Source: Octopus vulgaris | Lineage: Eukaryota | Direction: 5' to 3' | Assembly: GCA_951406725.2 (NCBI GenBank) | Contig: OX597833.1 | Location: forward strand, 71,920,001 to 71,984,000 | Length of the DNA stretch: 64,000 nucleotides | In this document: in pieces, positions 23,501-35,152 of the stretch | Layout: the number at the start of each line of letters is the position of its first letter | How positions within the stretch are numbered: position 1 is the first letter of the stretch | Notes under the pieces: model-generated | What the model was told of the DNA's origin: nothing | The model's input: the letters and a program-made list of their open reading frames with translations, nothing else | The model's database searches: none | Position numbers and translations under genes: made by a program

Positions 23501-26500
23501 AGCTAATTTGGTGTCTCATGTTGCCAGGAAAGACTTGAGACCTGCTAAATATATATTCAAAACCAGTCCTCGTGATGAACCCCAAAACTGTGCTAATGGA
23601 GAAATACCAAGAGAAAGATCTTTGAAAGACTTCAGAGAGGCCAGTGCGAAACCTACCTCTTCTCAAAAAGGTCTCACTGCCTCAGAAATGAATTATACTG
23701 AAGAATGTGCTGAGGATTTGGCTGGTGCTGCCAAAATAAATATTTCTAAAACTAGGGAGCCAGTGTCTTTGCATGCTGAGGAAATGGTAACTTCAAAGGA
23801 TCATTTAGAAAAACCAAAGAGTAAATGTGATAAATTAAATGAACGGAGATTGTTTGGTCCTCTTCAAGAACCGATTATGTCGAGTACTCAGAGGAGCTCA
23901 GAATTTGCTTACAGTGGCTCAGTCTGTTCACAAAACACAGTTGCCAACGCTGTTAATGCTGGTGCCGCTCACCATTCTTTCCGATCTGCATTTAGTCTTC
24001 CAGAAACCCTTCACTCGTATAAAAGACTTGCGCATCTTAACTTTTCCGATACATCTCATTCGAGAAACAATATTTACAACAATTATGCAAAACATAAAAC
24101 ATCAAGTCTTCGCTCATCTCTGCACAGTTTGCCAAATGTCTTGTTGCAGGCTGCACCTTCCAGAAACACAGATTTAACCAATAAAGCTGTACTTTCTGAC
24201 AAAACTAATGAGGGGGAACTACACAACACATCGTTACAATCAAACGCTTCTAAAACATCTCATCCTGATTTGTTGGCAAATAATTTAAATGCTGCACAAT
24301 TTTGTCAAATGGACTTTGAAGAACGTCGACAGTTTCTTGTGAAACAAAGGGAATTATTGAATGAAGAGCGGAACCGTTTGATGTCCATTCTTAATCATCC
24401 AGACATCAAACCTTTACAACTCAACTCCATTTCTAATCGTAGTAAGTTCCTTCTTTTTGTTTTTTAAACATTTATATAAAATATTTCACCATATTTTCAA
24501 GCATATAAGGCACACTTCCCTTGCCACCTACGAAATCCCCCTGTGCCTTTTAGGCCCCTGGTCAGACTTTTGGATTGGCACAAGTTGCAGGCAAGGGATC
24601 ACATTTAATCTGTGATGAGAGTATTAGGGGTGGCAATGAGAGTATTAGGGGTGGCAATGAGAGTATTAGGGGTGGCAGTTGGTCAAGTCAGCAGTGGAGA
24701 TTGATAAGATTGGGCACGGTGGTGAAGGTCAGATTAGGTTAATACTCTTAATCCACCCAAATTAAATGAAAGTCTATAGTTTTGAATGGCTAAACACGTG
24801 ATTTCGAGGCTGGAATTGTTTAACTTTATTTTAGGGCAAAATCTCTTCAAATTTTCTGATTCATATTTGTTTTTTTTTTTGTGTTTTTTTTGGTACGTTT
24901 TGGGATATAATTTTTATTTGCTGTTTGTAGTTTCTTAAAATTCTTCGTTAGGGAAACATTGTAAATTAACGAGCTGTTTACTCATTAATGTGTTTCTTTA
25001 CTTTTCTTCCAGAAAATTCTATACCTGAATTATCATTTACCAGTCAAGCAATACCAATCAGTTGCCAAGATAAAGAGAATTCTTGTAGTATTCATGAAGA
25101 CACTGAAGAAGCTTCATTGAAAAGTGAAATTGTGTCCAAAGAACCCTGTGATGAGGTTGTCTCTGATTCAAAGTAAGTGGATTTGCTTTGAGGAAATTTA
25201 TGCAGTAAGCATGGCTGTGTGGTCAAGAAGGTCACTCCCCAACCACATGGTTTCAGGTTCAATCCCATTCTGTGGCCTCTTGGGCTGACCAAAACCATTA
25301 TGGGTTGATTTAGTCAACAGAAATTGAAGGAGGCCTGGGGCTGGCCAGATTGGAGCAATCTCGAGTATAATCAGCTGAAATTGCAAAGATAATCTGGAAC
25401 TTGACTGAGGAAAGAAAACTCCGAATGACCTGTCCTTGTTCTTTCTTGTCCCTTTTTTTGTATCATCCAACTGTCTGGATGTTTTGTGTTCTTGTCCCAT
25501 TTTTTGTATTCCTTTATATATATATATGTATATCCCTCTCTCTCTTTTGGAGAGGCACTGAGCAGCTATATGCACACATACACACACGGCAGTAACTTCC
25601 ACCTACCGAATTCAATCACAAAGCTCCGGTCGGCTCAGGGCTATTGTGGAAGACACCTACCCAAAGTGCCACGCAGTGGGACTGAACCCGAAACCATGTA
25701 GCTAGGAGGCAAGCTCCCTAACCACACAGTATATATATATATATATAGATAGATAGATGTGTGGGTTTGTGTATTTGTGTAGTGAGTTCATATTTTCTCC
25801 AGTTTGTAAATAAAAGGATCTTTCATATGGTGTTGTTGTAAACACGTCTGGGCTGTTTGTTGTTTGATAGACTGGGTTGATTATTGCCCTGTTTGGAAAC
25901 AGGGTCGGGTGTCAGTGACAGGAAAGCATGGAAAAGTAGATGTTAAAACGATGAGGATGATGATGCTGTTTCGAAATCCCAATAAAAGCCAACATCTTGG
26001 TATGGAATGGCTCAACTTGGTGTTTCTCAAAGGAATGGGGTGTCTTAGCTGACTTGACCTATTTTTTTTCATTCTATGGTGTTTCAAGTAAAGTTTGGCT
26101 GCTATTTCTTGCAGGTTGAATAATTACATAGAGGTTCCTTCATTGGTGCATTTTAATTGTTTTATTGTATTGGTTGTAGTTGTTTAACCTCTGCTGAACC
26201 CTGACCAAACAAGCTTATGACCAAAAGCTTTCCAGCCATGACCATTCCCTATTTTTTATATATCGGAAACTAAATTGTCTAATGGATCCCTTTTTTCTCT
26301 TTGAGGTGATAGCATGTAATCTGAGGGAGATTTTGACTGCTATTTCCAGCAGGTCTTTTTTCTTTGACAGATATAGATATCCTCCACTAAATGGTTGGTG
26401 CCAATAATTAATATTTCTATAATTATATTTTCAGTCTTGGAGAAGTGGTAACCAAGGTAAATTCTGAAGATTGCAGCAGTGTTACATCTCAAAGCAGCTC

Positions 26501-26957
26501 AAAGTAAGAGAAATACTTTGTCAGCCATTGGTGTTTTCATTGTATTTAACGCTTTTGTAAAACCTTTAATCATTTTTTTCTTTTTCTTTTAAAAAGATAC
26601 TTTATCATTGTCCATCAGGTGAAATTGTCTTTTTGCTTCTTAGAACAAAAATGTTTAGAGTGAAATTTCCTATAACCAACAAATGCTTCTTGTAATCTGT
26701 TCTCCTGACTAAATGTTCTGTATTTCCAAGAGAGAACTTATTTTCTGGTTGATTTCTTCCTATTTTTCAGACAATCTTCACTTTGTCTCGCCGACTTGAT
26801 TGATTCTATAGAATCGGACCTGCCTCTTGCACAAAAACAACATTTCCCAAAGAAATCTCACAGATTATCCCCAAAACTTACCAAACCTTTTCAATCAGAG
26901 AAATTGGAAGAGATATGTGAAAGGGAAATTTTGAAGGATGTTTTCTTTTTAAACTGA
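11211..26957 (+). CDS. KIAA1328: KIAA1328 / hinderin homolog, 10 coding exons, 770 aa
   Basis: Exons 11211-11352, 14066-14095, 16010-16134, 17372-17535, 19143-19258, 20841-20968, 23250-24441, 25013-25172, 26435-26503 and 26771-26957. All GT-AG and phase-consistent; total 2313 nt. Hinderin-like motifs VYIPG, LKDLCHEDKLRVANLILELAK, CQHLLSIYQ, LADLIDSIE and C-terminal EILKDVFFLN*. Confidence 0.88.
12652..12891. mobile_element. Fold-back insertion: 106-bp arms, 1-nt loop, 14-bp TSD
   Basis: Arms 12652-12757 and 12759-12864. TGGATTTATTTTTA flanks both sides (12638-12651, 12892-12905). Confidence 0.85.
19698..20205. mobile_element. MITE / fold-back element (~250-bp arms) in KIAA1328 intron 5
   Basis: ATATAGATGTTTCCGATC...AAGGGGAGATAATA-loop-TATTATCTCCCCTT...GATCGAAAACATCTATAT, with TA at both ends. 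Confidence 0.8.
24615..24677. repeat. Minisatellite, 3 x 21 bp (ATGAGAGTATTAGGGGTGGCA)
   Basis: Three exact tandem copies. Confidence 0.95.
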
Positions 26958-28281
26958 TTTCTTTTTAAACTGATTTCTTTTTAAATTTATTTAATAATTT
27001 CCATGAATGTGATATAATTTTTGGAAGACTTTTTTTATATTTATTTCTGCAATCCATTTTGGTCGATAATGAAATATGAACAACTTGAAAATATATTTTT
27101 ATCTTCAATGTGTTTGATAAATTAATTACCCTCCTGGGTCTTTCTTTTTTTTTCTTTCTCTTTTTCCTTTTTTATGTCAGGAATATTTTGAGAAATTTTG
27201 AGATATATCCTCTGGAATCATCTCAAAGAAAACTGCCTCAATAGCGGTTCAACCACAGATGTTCTTTTTTGTTAAAAGGAAAAAAGCAAAAAGCAATAAA
27301 ACCCAGATAAATAAACGATTAATTCTGAAAAATTCTCTTGAGAATTTTTCTTCAGTTTCTGTCCCTTCCACAAATCTGAAGAAAGATTGCCAATATAGAG
27401 AATCAATGTAGAAAAGAGAAACTTTTATTTTTTCTTTTGAAAACCCAAACAGATTTTTTTTATTTATAATTATTTTAGTTCAATTTTTATTTGTGGTTGA
27501 ACAATGTAAATATGTCTGTAAGCGTGGATCAGTGTGTTTTTGTATGGTTTCTTAAACATTTTTAAAGATGAAATTTGGTGAGAGTCTATTTTTTCATGTC
27601 ATAGATCAAAGATGTGACTAATATTTAGGTCAAATATTTTGATTCTAATTTTATCTAAACACCTCGACCCCCCCCCATTTAGTGACCACTGATATTGCTT
27701 TTGTATCTCCTATGTTACTGACCAATGGCCACTTGTCCTTGAGAAATTTTGTGAAAACAGGATTGTTGTATTTGGCATAAACAAAATCTTCACCTGTGTC
27801 TGGCACACAAATCCCTCGTCAGAATGGCTCACCTGTTTGGTTCACCTGTCTCCTGGACCAGTGGCTTCCCAACAGACCACAGCATCACAGTTGATGTTGC
27901 TGCAGCTCTCTCCATCCGATGCTTCACCAGCCTCTGTGTACTTTGTTGCTCACACTCTTTCTCCTTTACACCAATCACCTTCTGACCATCACCTCTGACA
28001 CTGACCACTTCTACCACCCTTCATATCTGAATACCCTTATGTCGATAGAAGAAGTGCCAGGCTCAAAATAAATACGTACTGGAGTCAATTCATTTGACTG
28101 AAAGTTCTTCAAGGCAGTGCTGCCCCAGCATGGCCGCGGTCTAATGACTGAAACTAGTAAAAGATATAGACACACAAGCACATACAAATAGATCTGCACA
28201 CAAACACACAAACTTATTAAAAACTTGTTTTTTTTTTCAAAAGATATATTTTACTATAAAAGATAGATGAATACAAACATA

Positions 28282-28690
28282 GGCGCAGGAGTGGCTGTGT
28301 GGTAAAGTAGCTTGTTTACCAACCACATGGTTCCGGGTTCAGTTCCACTGTGTGGCACCTTGGGCAAGTGTCTTCTGCTGTAGCCCTGGGCCGACCAATG
28401 CCTTGTGAGTGGATTTGGTAGACGGAAACTGAAAGAAGCCCGTCGTATATATGTATCTATATATATATGTATGTGTGTGTTTGTGTGTCTGTGTTTGTCT
28501 CCCCAACATTGCTGGACAACCGATGCTGGTGTGTTTATGTCCCCATTACTTAACGGTTCAGCAAAAGAGACCGATAGAATAAGTACTGGGCTTACAAAAG
28601 AATAAGTCCCGGGGTTGAGTTGATCGATTAAAGGCGGTGCTCCAGCATGGCCGCAGTCAAATGACTGAAACAAGTATAAGAGTAAGAGTA
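28282..28690 (+). mobile_element. Full-length tRNA-derived SINE (the abundant family in this window)
   Basis: GGCGCAGGAGTGGCTGTGTGGT head, GGTTCAGTTCC B box, CCTTGGGCAAGTG core, internal (TA)/(TG) tract and ATGACTGAAACAAGT tail. Other copies at 40758-41185, 45663-46045, 47960-48280, 56476-56910 and 58363-58770. Confidence 0.85.
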
Positions 28691-28869
28691 TAGGTTTGTG
28701 TGTGTGTGTGTGTGTGTATGTAGTCTGATGAATAAGTATCCAGACTGTTGCCATAGCAATGAATCTAAAGCACTCAGAATGAAGCCCTTGAACTCTGCTG
28801 TGCATGAGCACTATCTTACAACATTCTGGCTCACTTTTGCTGTTTACAGCAGTGCTTGGAAGGAAGGTG

Positions 28870-29250
28870 TGTAGCATGTGATCGTCGTATTGACCATGGT
28901 AGAGAATCTGCAGGAAATTTTGACAAAAGTATGGTGATACCTGCTCAGAGACCTGCACAAAGTTTTCAAAAAGCTTTCATCATTCTCGACACAATCAAGG
29001 AGATATTGTGCAACTGAAACCCAAGTGTCTTTTTGGTCTGTTGAAAGTAGTTTTGGCACAAACTTGGCAGACACACGTCTCATACCCAAATCCTCAGTGA
29101 CAATGGACTGCACTGAACTGTAACCAATCTGCACATCCTTGCGATTCTGCAATTTCCTGTCACAGCTGCATGCACATCTGCAATGTTTTTCTCAGTTCAG
29201 CTGGTTGCATGTCTCCCCGAACATTCGACACTATTGACATTTTTTTCAGC
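28870..29250 (-). mobile_element. Mariner transposase fragment
   Basis: SSVQSIVTEDLGMRRVSAKFVPKLLSTDQK..ENDESFLK matches the mariner HTH-linker WVPxxL region. Confidence 0.85.
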
Positions 29251-29660
29251 CATGTCCACTTATTCTGTCGTGGTCAATGCAAAGATCACACGAAGATATG
29301 CTGTGACTGAGAAGACCTGGCAAGGAAAGTGAGTCCACAGCTGTGACCCACACTAGTGTTGCATAATCAACCCACTCAAAAGCTACTTGGATTGTAGGGT
29401 GACATGCTGTGCTTGAGGAGACCTACATCAAAATCAAATCAAATCACATTCAAATGGAAATTGTTGTTGTGATCCCTGTGCCGGTGGCATGTAAAAAAAC
29501 ACCCACTACACTCTTGGAGTGGTTGGCGTTAGGAAGGGCATCTAGCTGTTGAAACACTGCCAGATCACACTGGAGCCTGGTGCAGCCTCCTGGCTGCACA
29601 GACCCTGGTCGAACCATCCAATCCATGCCAGCATGGAAAGCAGATGTTAAATGATGACAA

Positions 29661-29704
<44 letters not shown>

Positions 29705-30649
29705 GAGACCCCCTCCAATGGATGGCTTTATCGATTGCATTCTCACCTGGAATCGATTTTTGTAATTTTTTCAAGACTTATAGACGCCCTAATACCATCG
29801 GTATCTACATGTTAAATTTGAGCACAATCGGATGGAGGATGCCCGAGATCCTAGAAGACACACACACAGACAGAACGGATTTTATATGAGATATATATAC
29901 ACAAGCATGCATATATATACACATACACATGTACACAAGAGTGTTGCCTTCTCTGTCTTTTCTACCACTGCTGTTGCTACTACTACTACGATAACAGCCA
30001 CTGTTCCTCATATGTGACTCCTCTTGTGCCACCTCCGCTCAGGTACTCTTCACTTCCTTGTCAAAAGCGTCTGACTACCACTGGCCTCCAACCGCAAACC
30101 CCTACACTGGTCACTATGTACAATCATTCCTCCCCAATGTTGTCCCTCTGAAATTCCCTTTCTGCACATACTTGAACCTGTTCCGCTCCCTTTCTAGAGA
30201 AAGCCATTACAATTTTTTTTTAAAAAGACAAAGATTTAGAGATAAAATTTTCCCAACAATTTTGGAAATATTTTTGATTCAAATATAAGATATTTTAACC
30301 ACTTCCTTATATAATTTATATGAAGTGGGTTTTTTGTTTTTCCTGACAATCAGATATTTAAATTGTTCTAGAAGTATGTGTGTGTGTATCAAAAATCTCT
30401 CGTATCACTGCAGAGAATTTTTGTAATAAAGTGTTTATTTATTGACTTCTTAAATTAGTTGTTTGGAAATCCTAAATAGATTTTAAAATATAATTAAATA
30501 TTCATCACCAAAAGTTTTAATCACTGCATGTTTATTTAATGACAAATCTCAATTTGACTGCATGGCAGCTTCAACCAATTGTCTTGTAATGGTAACCTTG
30601 ACTCTGGGTGTGCAATTTTGCTTAATGTACACTGTGGAAGCTCAACATT

Positions 30650-31125
30650 TCAGGCATTTGCCATATCCTGAATGCCTTACTTCCCTGGGCATGGACACAT
30701 TGAAACTCCGACGTCTGGCAGCTGACTTGGCAGACACCCATAAAATTATCAACCATCGCACAAACAATAACTCTGAGCACCTCTTCAAACTCCACCCATC
30801 TAACACCCGTGGATATATTTACAAAGTAAGAAAACAGCACACCTCCCATGACTTTAGGAAACATTTTTTCACGCTGAGAGTTGCTGAAGCATGGAACAAA
30901 CTGCCGGCATCGGTTGTTAGTTGTCGGAGCACTGCATCCTTCAAAACTTCCATGCTTCCTGAGATTCGCCAACACTACACCTGATTTTCTCCCCTCCATA
31001 CACACACAAGCATGTATCTGACTCATACATTGTTCGCTTTCCAGACATTTCTACATTACTGCATGTACTTTATATGCACTTTCTGACAAGTTGTGGTGCA
31101 CCTGAGCACTGTATACAATAATTTC

Positions 31126-31130
<5 letters not shown>
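30650..31130 (+). mobile_element. CR1-clade LINE 3' end with (ATT)n tail
   Basis: YPECLTSLGMDTLKLRRLAADL...FFTLRVAEAWNKLPASVV, then a 3'UTR and microsatellite tail. Confidence 0.85.
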
Positions 31131-31166
<36 letters not shown>

Positions 31167-31479
31167 TATATATGTGAGAGGGGGTGGGAGGTAACAATAG
31201 GCTTGTCTCTCTCAGAGAGGAAAGCAGGTTCTGAGGTATGGGTCCTGAATGCAGAGAACATGCAAAAACAGGAGAGAAATGAAAGTAGTGTGCTCTGAGA
31301 TGGATGTGCACGTTGGACAGGGTGCAAATGTGATGAGAGGAAAGTCTGGTATGAGAAGAATCAGATGCAAGAGGGGTGGCAAGAATGGTTTGGTCATGTG
31401 ATACGTATGGATGAGTGCAGCTGAATAAAGAGATGCTGGTGGCTGGAAGTGGATGGAACCTGCAGAAGAGGGAAACCCC

Positions 31480-32070
31480 GCAGCCCCTGTTCTTGCGAAC
31501 CTGATAATGGGTTATTTTGAATTCACCACGTATGAAGTGTCACTGCAAAAATATGGTTATCACTTCACCATTACATAAGAAAAAAGTAGAAAAGATACCT
31601 GGATGACTGTTTTATCATTTGGAAGGAGACCCTTGACAAACCTTTTGAATTCAAATCAACATTAAATGATGATGTAAACAGTAACATTCAATTCACAATG
31701 GAATACAGCAAAGAACAGCTCCCATTTTGGGATATTATGATAAAAAAGTCAACAACCGAATTATAAATGACATCTATCATAAACCAATGGACTCGAAACA
31801 ATATCTCCTTTTTAGCTCATGCCACCCGAAAATAAATATCCCCTTTAATTTGGCAAAAAAGGATTTGCACAATAGTATCTGACAGAACTACTTGGGCCCT
31901 TTGTCTTCAAGACCTCAAAACAACACTAACTGAAAGACAGTATCCACCCTCATTTATAGACGAGGGAATTAAGCATTCCAAGAAATTAGACATAAAAACA
32001 CACTAAGGACAACAAAACATAACACCTCATCTCACAACACGACTGTATGTATGAACCTACAACCCCAGAA
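31480..32070 (+). mobile_element. Penelope-like element reverse-transcriptase fragment (degenerate)
   Basis: Broken reading APVLANLIMGYFE..RYLDDCFIIW..IQFTME..LPFWDI..DIYHKPMDSKQYLLFSSCHP..NIPFNLA..ICTIVSD..RQYP. Confidence 0.85.
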
Positions 32071-32144
32071 ACAACACTGTTGTGGTGGTCATGGTGGTAG
32101 TGGTGGTGGTGGTGTTTGTGGCAGAGTTGTTCTTTGACTGTGAA

Positions 32145-33000
32145 GCTGTCGTCTGGGTTCTTCCAATTCTTTCTGTCGGTGGCAGAGTTGGCGTCCATGC
32201 TCGCACCTGCACCTGTTTTGCTCCTCTCCTTCTTCCCTCCTTCATGAAGCTGTGGGGAAGGCAGGGTAGGGAAATCAACGTTGTAAGCGTTGTCAAGGAG
32301 ACCAGTGACCTTCCCCCCCCCCCCCCGCCGACGACTTCATGGCTTTGAAGTCGCCAAAACAGAAATGGTTAAGAAAGCCCGAAAACAAATTTACAAAATG
32401 GGGAAATACGCCACACAGGGAAGGTTTCCCGTGCAAAGAATTTGCACAACCGAATGTATTTATTAGTTGTTGCACAACTTTTACATAAAAAACATTATCC
32501 AAACACAAACTTTTGAAGGCAATAAAAAGGCAAACTTGAAGACAATATTGTATGGCGATGGTACTTGTGAAATATGGTAATAGATTTAGTAGCCAAAAGG
32601 AGAGAGAGCAGAGGTATAGTATGGTGGTGGCGGCGGTGGAAATAGCGACGGCGGAGGCGGTGGCGGTGGTGGTGGTAGCGATGTTGGCGTCCATACTCGC
32701 ACCTGCACCTGTCTTGATCCTCCCCTTCCTCCCTCCTTCATGAAGCTGTGGGGAAGGCAGGGTAGGGAAATCAACGTCGCAAGCGTTGTCAAGGAGACCA
32801 GCCTTCTTTTAGAACGACTTCATGGCTTGAAGTCGCCAAAACAGAAATGGCTTAGAAAGCCGAAAGCAAATTCTACAAAATGGGGAAACACGCCACACAG
32901 GGAAGGTTTCCCGTGCAAAGAATTTGCACAACCGAATGTTTTAGTTGTTGCACAACTTTTACATAAAAAAATATTATCCAAACACAAACTTTTGAAGTTT
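32145..33000. repeat. Direct duplication of a ~330-380-bp unit (about 32145-32518 and 32682-32997) beside the Helitron fragment
   Basis: GTTGGCGTCCAT.CTCGCACCTGCACCTGT...TTATCCAAACACAAACTTTTGAAG occurs twice. Confidence 0.85.
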
Positions 33001-33204
33001 AGTATTGTCTTTTTTTTGTTTTAACGCTTGTGCAAAATTGGATTTGTTTTTGGTAGTAGTGTTGGTGGTAATGTTGGTGTCACTTGTAGTGGTTGAGGTT
33101 GTAGTAGTAGTGGTGTTGTTGTTGGCAGTTATGGTAGACGGCAAAACGACGATATCATTGCTGCTGCTGTTGCTGTTGCTGTTGTTGTTGTTGTTGGTGG
33201 TGGT

Positions 33205-33670
33205 GGAATTTCCCAATTCACTGGAGCCTCCTGGACTACCTCCCCACATATTAGCACTTAAAGTTGGAACTCCTGTAATGCTACTCCGCAATCTGGAACC
33301 ACCAAGACTTTGCAATGGAACACGACTGGTGATAAAGAAAATGATGTCACACGTTATCGAGGCGATCATTCTTTCTAGATGTGGAAAAGCTGATGACGTC
33401 TTTATTCCAAGAATTCCTCTTAGTCCATCAGGAGCAGAAATTCCATTTACATTCAGAAGACTGCAATTCCCCCTTCGTGTCAGCTTTGCCATGTCCATTA
33501 ACAAATCTCAGGGTCAAACCCTCTCTGTAGCTGGTCTTCTCTTGGAAGAGCCCTGCTTCTCGCATGGGCAACTGTATGTTGGTTGCTCAAGAGTAGGAAC
33601 CAAAAGAAACCTTTTTGTATATGCTCCACAAGGGAAAACAAGGAACATTGTTTACAACGAAGTGTTATAA
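33205..33670 (+). mobile_element. Helitron RepHel PIF1-like helicase C-terminal fragment
   Basis: [84 protein letters not shown]. The 5' part of the listed ORF is only (GTT/GTG)n repeat. Confidence 0.92.
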
Positions 33671-34455
33671 TCTCAACAGCCAGGAGGTATATACATGATC
33701 CCCCTTTTTTTTAACAAACTTTCATGTATTTATATTAATATACATGGCATTAGGAAGGGCATCAAGCTGTAGAAACACTGCCAGATCAGACTGGAGCCTG
33801 GTGCAGCCTCCTGGCTTCCCAGACCCTGGTCAAACCGTCCAACCCATGCTAGCATGGAAAACGGACGTTAAACGATGATGATGATGATATATATCGGTTG
33901 AAATATGTGGAAAACATATATAGAAAGTGGAAGAGAAATGCCTTCATTTCACATAGTTTACCCTTCCAACCTAATTACAACAAACAACATTTTTTAGACA
34001 GAGAGACACAGGGACACACGTTGGCAGCAACGAAAACAACAGAGGTACATACACTGTAATATGTTGAAGTAGTTAAGGACCCTTTTAAACTACGACTAAA
34101 TAACCACAGGTCCTCTTTTAGGATCCCAGAGAGGCGCAACGTTATGGTATTGGCCAACTACATATAGTGTTTAAAAGAAAAGTGAACTCCACACAGGGTT
34201 AAATGGAAGCTCCTAGGACAGCTTGGGCCATACCGCAATGAAACCAGGTGATGCAAACTGTACTTGGCTGAGGGGGCAAGGATCCCAAAAAATTCGATTA
34301 ATCCTGGTGCCCTCTTGAATTAAAATGGTGAAGTTTATAGTTGGTGCCCTCTGACGAGTCGCCTATATTACGTGGAGCTGTAATAGACGCGAAGCCAAAG
34401 GTAACTTTCTGACCAGTCATAACCAATGACTGGATAAAATAAGAGAGAGAGAGAG

Positions 34456-34489
<34 letters not shown>

Positions 34490-34534
34490 CACACATACAT
34501 ATATATATATGTATAGAGGGAAGGAAGGAAGGAC

Positions 34535-34621
34535 GGCCGGGTGGCTGGATGTGTGTGACTAGCTCGGTTAGGATCTTAGGCAATTTACGCGAATGTCGTG
34601 GGTTCGATCCCCATATTGGCC
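34535..34621 (+). pseudogene. tRNA-Ile-like pseudogene
   Basis: GGCCGG...TAGCTCGGTTAG...ACGCGAATGTCGTGGGTTCGATCCCCATATTGGCC. The 3' half resembles metazoan tRNA-Ile(AAT) as I recall it; the acceptor and anticodon arms are disrupted. Confidence 0.5.
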
Positions 34622-34994
34622 TGACTAAATGTTTCGATGGTGCTGCCCCCAAAACGTTTACAGCAGTGTGTGTGTGTATTGATCGACAAGCGAACTTCTC
34701 ACCCACACAGCCTTACATATTGCAGTCCACATCTTTCTGTTTTGCTCTTCAGATTTGAACCGTTTATATTTTGGGGGTTATAATTTCTTTATTTGAAGGG
34801 ACTTAGGGAATTTTAGGAACTTCTTTAGCAGGAAGTTTTCAAATATGAAAGCATTCAAAATTTCGTAAATGGCGAGGGATCGATCGCAGTTGTTGGTGTT
34901 GCGGTTCCTTCGCTCGTGCGAACAACAACAGTAACAGCAGCAACAACAACGAACAGCCAAAGTCGAGGTTGTCAGGGGAATTGGTGCGTTGGTT

Positions 34995-35027
34995 GTTTCT
35001 AGGCAACGGATATCGTTGTTTAGTGAC
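34995..35027 (+). promoter_or_regulatory. RFX X-box plus forkhead (FOXJ1-type) site in the DRC12-A promoter
   Basis: GTTTCTAGGCAAC (34995-35007) then GTTGTTTAGTGAC (contains TGTTTA), ~130-160 bp upstream of the ATG; conserved in the paralog. Confidence 0.7.
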
Positions 35028-35152
35028 ACGGAAAAAGACCAGAGGAAGCTCAAAGCTTTTAATAGAATCTACAATCGTCTCTGAACACACATGAAATAGA
35101 GTATCACAACCACACTCAAACACATATATACACTCACACACCATAATTCAAA

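Noticed and set aside
24615-24677. Telomere-like TTAGGGG or G-quadruplex array
   Set aside because: Only three G-runs, separated by 17-nt loops; not a (TTAGGG)n tract.
33005-33670. 221-aa ORF as a host PIF1 gene or membrane-anchored helicase
   Set aside because: The hydrophobic N-terminus is translated (GTT/GTG/CTG)n repeat, and the remainder ends in the Helitron-type NIVYxEVL* terminus.
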